The position numbers and the translations under genes were made by a program. Positions 57,330 through 64,000 of a stretch of DNA of 64,000 bases are shown piece after piece (the first letter of the stretch is position 1; each line of letters begins with the position of its first letter). Source of the stretch: Candidatus Harrisonbacteria bacterium CG10_big_fil_rev_8_21_14_0_10_40_38 (GTDB lineage Bacteria; Patescibacteriota; Minisyncoccia; UBA6257; 1-14-0-10-40-38); contig PFAZ01000001.1 of assembly GCA_002773535.1 (NCBI GenBank), positions 19,226 through 83,225 of the forward strand, in the 5' to 3' direction. The notes under the pieces are model-generated. The model had not been told where the DNA came from and searched no databases. It saw nothing but the letters and a program-made list of their open reading frames with translations.

Positions 57330-58622
57330 ATGCTCGACATAAATCTCATTCGGGAAAATCCCGAAATCGTTCGCAAATCACTTCGCGACAGAAACATGAA
57401 CGAAAGTTCCGTTGATGATTTTTTAGCCATAGACAGTGAATGGCGTGGAGTAGAAGGGGAGATCGGTCAAATCAGAGCAAAGCTTAACGAACTTAGTCGT
57501 GAGAGAAAAATAGAAGAAGCAAAAGTAGTAAAAGAAAAAATCAAACAACTTGAAGAAGATATAAAAACGCTCGAAAAAAAAAGAGACACGCTTCTTTATA
57601 GTTTTCCAAACATTCCAAAAGAAGACGTTCCGGTAGGCAGAGATGAATCTCACAACAAAGTTCTCCGCACATGGGGAACACCTCCTAAGTTTGACTTCGA
57701 ACCAAAAGACCACATAGCCCTCGGAGAATCGCTTGGAATTTTAGACATGACAAAAGCGAGTGAAGTTTCAGGCGCCAGGTTTGCATATCTCAAAGGCGAA
57801 TTAGCGCTCCTCGAAATTGCGCTTGTGTCATATGCATTCAATATATTAACTTCAAAAAAAGAACTTCAAAAAATCGCAAAAAAATTTGGAAAAAATTTTA
57901 GCGGCGAACCATTCACACCGATTATCCCACCCGCCATGATCCGTCCGGAAGTTTTTACAAAAATGGCGCGCCTTAGCGAGGAGGATAAAGACGAAAGATA
58001 TTATCTTCCATCTGACGACCTTTATCTTATCGGAAGCGCCGAACATACATTAGGCCCTCTTCACATGAACGAATCTATTAATGAGAAAGATGCGCCAGTC
58101 CGCTACGTCGGTTTTTCCCCAAGTTTCCGCCGCGAAGCCGGTTCATACGGAAAAGACACAAGAGGAATCCTTCGTGTTCATCAATTCGACAAAGTAGAAA
58201 TCGAAACATTCACAACTATCGAAAAACAGGACGAAGAACACGAGTTCGTAGTCGCCATACAGGAATACCTTATGCAGTCACTCAAAATTCCATACAGGGT
58301 GATGCTCCTCTCAACGGGAGATATGGGCAAACCCGATGCGAGGCAAATTGATATAGAAAGCTGGATGCCAGGTCAAGACAAGTACAGAGAAACTCATAGC
58401 GCAGATATGATGGGCGACTATCAATCAAGAAGACTCAAGACAAAGATAAAAAACAAAGACGGCGGAAATGAATATGCCGCCATGATTGACGCCACGGTTT
58501 TTGCAATCGGAAGAACCTTAATAGCGATCATGGAAAACTACCAAACCGAAAAGGGAACAATCAAAATCCCCAAAGTTCTTCAAAAACACGTTGGAGTAAA
58601 GGAGGTAAAACCAAAGAACTGA
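57330..58622 (+). CDS. serS: Seryl-tRNA synthetase
   Basis: N-terminal coiled-coil arm; class II core with FRRE and GSA motifs. Confidence 0.95.
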   Translation: MLDINLIRENPEIVRKSLRDRNMNESSVDDFLAIDSEWRGVEGEIGQIRAKLNELSRERKIEEAKVVKEKIKQLEEDIKTLEKKRDTLLYSFPNIPKEDVPVGRDESHNKVLRTWGTPPKFDFEPKDHIALGESLGILDMTKASEVSGARFAYLKGELALLEIALVSYAFNILTSKKELQKIAKKFGKNFSGEPFTPIIPPAMIRPEVFTKMARLSEEDKDERYYLPSDDLYLIGSAEHTLGPLHMNESINEKDAPVRYVGFSPSFRREAGSYGKDTRGILRVHQFDKVEIETFTTIEKQDEEHEFVVAIQEYLMQSLKIPYRVMLLSTGDMGKPDARQIDIESWMPGQDKYRETHSADMMGDYQSRRLKTKIKNKDGGNEYAAMIDATVFAIGRTLIAIMENYQTEKGTIKIPKVLQKHVGVKEVKPKN

Positions 58623-58672
58623 TTTTTGATCCACCTAAAACAAAGGTTAGTTAGAAAGTGTTATAACTTCTA

Positions 58673-59632
58673 ATGAAAAGAAAAATTGGGGTTATTTTTG
58701 GCGGGACATCACGCGAACACAAAGTCTCGCTAAGTTCCGGCAAAACAGTTCTAAATTCATTAGACACAAAAAAATACGAAATCATACCGGTTAAAATCGA
58801 AAAAAACGGAAAGTGGACAATCGGAAAAAATAAACCAAAAGAAGAACTCGAAGCTCTTAAAATTCTAAAGAAAAAAATAGACGTCGCGTTTATTGTCCTT
58901 CACGGCACAAAAGGGGAAGACGGTACGATTCAAGGTCTTCTAGAATTTTTAGATATCCCATATACAGGTTCAAATGTCGAAGCGAGCGCTCTCGCCATGG
59001 ATAAAGAAAGATCCGCAGAAATTTTTAAAGCAAACGGTCTCACTGTTCCAAAATCTATCTGCATCACAAGAAAAAATCGTAAAACATCGTCAAACATTAA
59101 AATTCCCTGCATTGTAAAACCAGCCGACAACGGATCAAGTGTAGGCATCGCGCTTGTAAGAAAAAAAGAAGATTTGAATAACGCTATAGATAAGGCGCTA
59201 AAAATCAGCGAGCGTGTTTTGGTTCAGGAATATATAAAAGGCGACGAAGTTACCTGCGCTGTGCTGGATGATGGCAAAAAAATCAAACCACTCACGCCAA
59301 CTCATATTATCCCAAAATCGTCAGATTTTTTTGATTACCACGCAAAATATACACATGGCGCCACAGAAGAGGTAACTCCTCCAAGACTACCGGCAAACAC
59401 CGTCAAACAAATACAAAAAATTGCGGTAAAAGCACATAGCATCTTAGGTTGCTCCGGCGTCTCACGTACGGATATGATAATTAAAGGAAAGAAGATATTT
59501 ATTCTTGAAACAAATACAATCCCTGGCATGACAAAAACAAGTCTCCTGCCTCAAGCCTCGGCCCATGCAGGTATACCATTTTCCAAACTCCTCAATATAC
59601 TCATTGAGTCCGCCACCAAAAACCATAATTAG
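58673..59632 (+). CDS. ddl: D-alanine--D-alanine ligase
   Basis: IGVIFGGTSREHKVSLSSG; ATP-grasp. Confidence 0.9.
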   Translation: MKRKIGVIFGGTSREHKVSLSSGKTVLNSLDTKKYEIIPVKIEKNGKWTIGKNKPKEELEALKILKKKIDVAFIVLHGTKGEDGTIQGLLEFLDIPYTGSNVEASALAMDKERSAEIFKANGLTVPKSICITRKNRKTSSNIKIPCIVKPADNGSSVGIALVRKKEDLNNAIDKALKISERVLVQEYIKGDEVTCAVLDDGKKIKPLTPTHIIPKSSDFFDYHAKYTHGATEEVTPPRLPANTVKQIQKIAVKAHSILGCSGVSRTDMIIKGKKIFILETNTIPGMTKTSLLPQASAHAGIPFSKLLNILIESATKNHN

Positions 59633-59652
59633 CAATTTATACTTCCTGATTC

Positions 59653-60774
59653 ATGAAAAAAAACAAAACCTGGATAGAGATTAAAAAATCAGCTCTCGAA
59701 AACAACATAAAACAATTTCGAAAACTGATTCCAAATAAAACACAGCTCTGGTCTGTGGTTAAATCAAATGCCTACGGGCATGGACTTACAACTTTTGCAA
59801 AACTTGCCGAAGATGCGGGTGTTGATGGTTTTTGCGTCGACTCTGTGGTGGAGGGTGCGAAACTCCGTGAAACAGGCATTAAAAAACCAATTCTCGTTTT
59901 AGGCCCAACGGTTGCACCCAACGGATTTCTCATCGAAGCCGCCGCAAACGATATAACTGTCACAGTTTCGACAGAAGAGGGTCTTGTTCAAATTGAGCAG
60001 GCAAAAGCAAAACCAAAATTTCATATAAAAGTAGACACAGGCATGCATCGTCAGGGTTTTTATCCAAACGACCTCCTAAAAATTTTAAAAAAAATAAAAT
60101 CACCAATTCGTGATTCTTTTACCGGTCTCTATACCCACTTCGCATCTGCAAAAGACATAAGCTACCCGACTTACACAGACGGACAATTTAAAAAATTTAA
60201 AGAAGCAATCAAACACTGTGAGTCAGCCGGTTTTAAAAATCTCACATACCACTCGGCGGCAACAGGCGGAACTTTGGTAAATACAAAATATACCGAAGAC
60301 GTGGTACGCATAGGAATCGGTCTATATGGTCTCTGGCCATCAGGAGAACTTGAAACACAGCTAAGTGATAAAATATCGCTAAAACCCGTACTCTCATGGC
60401 GCGCAATAATAAGCGAGATAAAAGAAGTGGAAAAAGGGCACTATATTGGATATGACCTCACAGAGCGCGCCACAAAAAAAACCAAACTTGCAGTCATCCC
60501 TATTGGATACTGGCATGGATTTGATAGATCACTATCAGGCATCGGAAATGTTCTCATAGCCGGCAAGCGCGCAAAAGTTATGGGCCGCGTTTCTATGGAT
60601 CTTATAGTAGTAGATGTAAGCGGTATTACTTGCAAAGTAGGCGACACAGCAACCCTTATCGGAAGCAGTGGTAGCGATGAGATCCCAGCCGGAGAAATGG
60701 CAAGGTTTGCAAACACAACCCACTACGAAACAATAACTCGCATAAACCCTCTAATTGAGCGAATAGTAGTGTAA
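59653..60774 (+). CDS. alr: Alanine racemase
   Basis: VVKSNAYGHG PLP-binding motif. Confidence 0.9.
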   Translation: MKKNKTWIEIKKSALENNIKQFRKLIPNKTQLWSVVKSNAYGHGLTTFAKLAEDAGVDGFCVDSVVEGAKLRETGIKKPILVLGPTVAPNGFLIEAAANDITVTVSTEEGLVQIEQAKAKPKFHIKVDTGMHRQGFYPNDLLKILKKIKSPIRDSFTGLYTHFASAKDISYPTYTDGQFKKFKEAIKHCESAGFKNLTYHSAATGGTLVNTKYTEDVVRIGIGLYGLWPSGELETQLSDKISLKPVLSWRAIISEIKEVEKGHYIGYDLTERATKKTKLAVIPIGYWHGFDRSLSGIGNVLIAGKRAKVMGRVSMDLIVVDVSGITCKVGDTATLIGSSGSDEIPAGEMARFANTTHYETITRINPLIERIVV

Positions 60775-60790
60775 AATAAATGGGATAATC

Positions 60791-61591
60791 ATGTCCCAGC
60801 CACAACGCCCAATAGCAAAAAAAAGGAAGGATCTTCGTTGGTTTAAATTTCGACTCAAGTTTTATGCGCTTTCAGGCGTATTTGGGCTTATTTTAATTGG
60901 TGTTTTTTATCTATTTCGTTACACTCCAATGTTCCAGATAAAATCCATTGGAATAAATGGCGCAGACAAGGAAGAGTCAAAAGCACTCCTCGCAGATTTT
61001 AAACAGTCAGTCTTTAAAACAACTTCTGCAAAACTATTTGGCACAGATAGTTATTTTGCCGTATCAGAAGAAGAAATTAGTACAGAAAAATACGAATCAA
61101 TCAAAATCGATAAAAAACTTTTTAAACACGAAGCTTCAATCACGGTAGTACCACGAAACCGCCTCGGCATCTGGTGCAGAGAGGGAGACGCAGGAACCTC
61201 TTGTTGGTTTTTTGATGACAAGGAGGGGATAGCTATAGAAGAAACTCTTGAAGGTGAAGGACACCTCATCATAAAAATTGTAGAAAAAAATAATGAAAAA
61301 GTTGTTGCAGGCGAAACTCTTATAAACAAAAAATTTTTTGAAAGAATAAAAAAAATTATAGACGGAACATCTAAAATAGACTTAGACGTAAAACGATTTG
61401 AAATCAATACCGGATATCAGGAATTTTCTGCGATTATAACAGGAGGCGCAAAAATCATTTTTTCACTTCGCTTCGATCCAGAAAAAGAAAGCCTCTCCGC
61501 GCTAAGTAAAATACTCAATGAAAATTCATTGTCATCTATTTCTTATATTGATCTTTCAGTAGAAAATAAACTCTACATCAAAAGAAAATAA
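60791..61591 (+). CDS. FtsQ/DivIB-like cell-division protein (putative)
   Basis: A single N-terminal TM after a basic stretch, then a POTRA-like beta domain; the position downstream of ddl matches the usual dcw-cluster order. Confidence 0.45.
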   Translation: MSQPQRPIAKKRKDLRWFKFRLKFYALSGVFGLILIGVFYLFRYTPMFQIKSIGINGADKEESKALLADFKQSVFKTTSAKLFGTDSYFAVSEEEISTEKYESIKIDKKLFKHEASITVVPRNRLGIWCREGDAGTSCWFFDDKEGIAIEETLEGEGHLIIKIVEKNNEKVVAGETLINKKFFERIKKIIDGTSKIDLDVKRFEINTGYQEFSAIITGGAKIIFSLRFDPEKESLSALSKILNENSLSSISYIDLSVENKLYIKRK

Positions 61592-61599
61592 TTAGGTAT

Positions 61600-61977
61600 A
61601 TGTTTGCAAAATTTCCCGAAGACGATAGATATTTCTCTTGGACTCGTCACATAAAAAACAAAATGATGTTTTATGGCATCTCCACCCAAAAAATAAAAAC
61701 CATTTTAAAGTCTCCCACAAGGCGCGAAGAGGGAATAGCTCCAAACACAATCGCAGTCATGAAAAGAAATGATACAAAAAAACGCAAAGAAGAAATTTGG
61801 GTTATGTATCAGACAAAAGAAAAAAGAAAGAAAGAGCCAAGTGTTTATACTCTCGTTGCAAGGCAGTCACAAAAAATAATGATAAGCGCATGGCGCTACC
61901 CCGGCCACACAAAAGCCGGCGCAGAGATCCCAATCCCCGAAGATATCCTCGAAGAACTAAACAAGCTTGTAAATTAA
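61600..61977 (+). CDS. Hypothetical protein (125 aa)
   Basis: An ORF with Lys-rich central region; no motif. Confidence 0.4.
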   Translation: MFAKFPEDDRYFSWTRHIKNKMMFYGISTQKIKTILKSPTRREEGIAPNTIAVMKRNDTKKRKEEIWVMYQTKEKRKKEPSVYTLVARQSQKIMISAWRYPGHTKAGAEIPIPEDILEELNKLVN

Positions 61978-62029
61978 TTTCAAAATATTAAAATAAAAAA
62001 ACAAAGTAAACGTTCGTTGAGAGTCTAAA

Positions 62030-62254
62030 AATGAACAGCTGACTGAAACAGACTCACCGGTGTCACGATATCTATGCAAATAGTAAATCAATGACACCAT
62101 ATCCACTGTGGTTGGCGGAAATAGGTTGTTCATTACCTAAGCGGTCCGTCACTCGTCCAAATCAATCGAAAAGAGGCGCTTTTCGAGCAGTGGAGGCCCA
62201 ACGAGCATTGCCCGTATCGTAATTCTAGGTGTTTTGCGGTACGGGCTCTTTTTA
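62030..62254 (+). ncRNA. Candidate small RNA ending in an intrinsic terminator (unclassified)
   Basis: Stems: ggtgtca...tgacacc enclosing ctat-gcaa-atag (GNRA loop); cgaaaag-aggcg-cttttcg; terminator gcccgta...tacgggc + tcttttta (62210..62254). Confidence 0.3.
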
Positions 62255-62379
62255 TACAAAAATACATAATCGAAAAAAATAAACTCAACTGTCAATCAAA
62301 CTTGACACAACAGTAAAATTCAGTAAACTAAAAAAAGTTAGAACCATCTGCTTCCTTTGGGTGGTTCCGACTCTGTGAG

Positions 62380-62421
62380 CCTCATAAGAGCCCTAAAAAG
62401 CTCTTATGAGGATTTTTCTTG
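62380..62421 (+). terminator. Intrinsic terminator (second in the same intergenic region)
   Basis: cctcataagagc-cctaaaaa-gctcttatgagg 12-bp stem followed by atttttctt. Confidence 0.8.
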
Positions 62422-62461
62422 TATCAATAACCAATCCCTGTTAACATTTCCACAATAAATT

Positions 62462-62503
62462 CGTAATTCATAATTCATACTTCACAACTCATAATTCACG
62501 TTT
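62462..62503 (+). repeat. CATAATT-family heptamer array abutting the ychF start codon
   Basis: The units are cgtaatt cataatt catactt cacaact cataatt cacgttt(ATG). Confidence 0.7.
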
Positions 62504-63499
62504 ATGAAACTCTCTCTCGGTATCGTCGGCCTCCCAAACGTAGGCAAGTCAACACTTTTCAAGACGATTACAAAAAAAGAAATAAATATTGCCAACTATC
62601 CTTTCTGCACAATCGACCCAAACGTCGGTATAGTGACTGTTCCTGATGAACGGATAGACAAACTCGCAGAGCTCTCCGCCTCAAAGAAAAAAATCCCCGC
62701 AGTAGTGGAGTTTTATGATATTGCAGGATTAGTTCGTGGCGCTCACAAAGGAGAAGGCCTTGGCAACGAATTTCTCTCACACATACGAGAGGTAAACGCC
62801 ATAGTGCAAGTACTCCGCTGCTTTAAAAGTTCCGAGATTATTCACGTAGATGAATCAGTAGATCCTCTTCGCGACCTTGAAACAATTAACATGGAACTTA
62901 TCCTAAAAGACATGGTTACGATTGAAAAACGTCTCGACAAAGCAAGAACCGAAAGTCGAAGCGGTGACAAAGAGGCGAAAAAAAACGTCGAGGTTTTGGA
63001 AAAAGTAAAAGCAACTCTCGAAAGAGGGGAGCTCATAGGTGAATTCCGCGATGAAAAAATTATTCAGGAACTTCAACTTTTAAGCGCAAAAAGACAGCTC
63101 ATGCTCTTAAATGGAAAAAAAGAAGACGTGCCCGAGGAGCTTATAAAAAGAATTGAAGATCTCGGCGCCGAATACATTATCACTGATCTAAGCGAAACAG
63201 AGGCAATCCCAGACCTCATTAAATCCGCTTACAAGATTTTAGGGCTCATAAGTTTTTTCACCACAGGTGAAGAAGAAACAAGGGCTTGGACAATAAAAAA
63301 AGGAGCAAAGGCTCCCGAGGCAGCAGGTGCAATTCACACAGATTTTGAAAAAAAATTCATCCGCGCTGAAACCATTGGCACGGGAAAGCTTATCGAAGCA
63401 GGAGGGTGGTCACAGGCAAAAGCAAAAGGCTGGCTTCGCGTCGAAGGCAAGGATTACATCGTTGAAGACGGTGACGTCTTAGTCATCCGCCACGGCTAA
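62504..63499 (+). CDS. ychF: Ribosome-binding ATPase YchF (Obg-family GTPase fold)
   Basis: [26 protein letters not shown], and a C-terminal TGS domain. Confidence 0.9.
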   Translation: MKLSLGIVGLPNVGKSTLFKTITKKEINIANYPFCTIDPNVGIVTVPDERIDKLAELSASKKKIPAVVEFYDIAGLVRGAHKGEGLGNEFLSHIREVNAIVQVLRCFKSSEIIHVDESVDPLRDLETINMELILKDMVTIEKRLDKARTESRSGDKEAKKNVEVLEKVKATLERGELIGEFRDEKIIQELQLLSAKRQLMLLNGKKEDVPEELIKRIEDLGAEYIITDLSETEAIPDLIKSAYKILGLISFFTTGEEETRAWTIKKGAKAPEAAGAIHTDFEKKFIRAETIGTGKLIEAGGWSQAKAKGWLRVEGKDYIVEDGDVLVIRHG

Positions 63500-63526
63500 A
63501 GAACAAAAATTTTCCAAAAAAACATA

Positions 63527-63973
63527 ATGCCTCGCTCACTGCGGGGCTTAATGCTACCCAAATACCAATCTGCTATAATAAATTTTATGGAACAAATCCC
63601 AATGCACGAATCACTTGAACATGACATAAAAGAACTCTCGCAAAAACTCGAAGGCGCCTCGCCGGAAACTCAGCGGGAAGTTTTAAAAAATGCGATAGGT
63701 AAAAAAATTCAACAAACTCCAAACGCATCACCAGTTCCACAAAACACGATCCCGCAAACAAATAAAACAAGTCTCCTTCCTGATTACTCTGTAAACGTTC
63801 CGGAAGAAGCAAAACTTCGCGCAGAAAAACTTGTAGACTTGGCATGGCACAAAGGCCTCTCTGCAGGCATAAGTGAAGCCAAAAAAAGCGATCCATTAAC
63901 CATGGACATGTTTCACGATGCCATAACCGGCAAGTTGTACGAAGAATTTAAAAAACAGGGAATGATACAATAA
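63527..63973 (+). CDS. Hypothetical protein (start possibly at the internal Met at 63587)
   Basis: ORF only; Gln/Pro-rich middle region. Confidence 0.35.
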   Translation: MPRSLRGLMLPKYQSAIINFMEQIPMHESLEHDIKELSQKLEGASPETQREVLKNAIGKKIQQTPNASPVPQNTIPQTNKTSLLPDYSVNVPEEAKLRAEKLVDLAWHKGLSAGISEAKKSDPLTMDMFHDAITGKLYEEFKKQGMIQ

Positions 63974-64000
63974 ATTACATGTTGGGTTGGATAATTCCAA

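Overview
The window looks like a low-GC, compact genome of the Candidate Phyla Radiation / Patescibacteria type. Ribosomal protein S5 is followed directly by L15 with no L30 gene, many ribosomal proteins carry extensions, there are giant surface proteins with Pro-Thr linkers, and ComEC is split into two ORFs. Almost all genes are on the + strand.

Core content:
- CIRCE-controlled hrcA-grpE-dnaK-(membrane protein)-dnaJ operon.
- An ECF sigma factor.
- tRNA-Lys(UUU) with an overlapping GIY-YIG gene and a duplicated tRNA 5' fragment.
- secD and secF.
- A tuf-S10-spc-secY-adk-map ribosomal cluster.
- GT2, greA, lysS, serS, ddl, alr, ftsQ-like and ychF genes.

Accessory content: a roughly 9-kb + strand island (26.5-35.5 kb). 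It holds a BcgI-like R-M system with a fused PD-ExK nuclease and gamma-class N6A methyltransferase and a separate HsdS. That system is split by an OLD-family ATPase-TOPRIM nuclease gene and has no HsdR helicase. Downstream are a Cas4-like PD-(D/E)xK nuclease, a DUF2726 protein, a membrane protein with two FtsK-gamma winged-helix domains and no motor, a REC-like protein, and a zeta-toxin-like kinase cassette flanked by 26-bp perfect direct repeats. There is also a membrane protein paired with a VirD4/TraD-like ATPase (21.1-24.0 kb).

Structured noncoding regions:
- A family of six arrays of 7-bp CATAATT tandem repeats placed at gene boundaries.
- Three large hairpin-rich intergenic elements (24.85-25.11 kb, 36.87-37.17 kb, 62.0-62.42 kb) that could be uncharacterised ncRNAs or leaders.
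- Several intrinsic terminators.

No CRISPR array and no rRNA gene were found.
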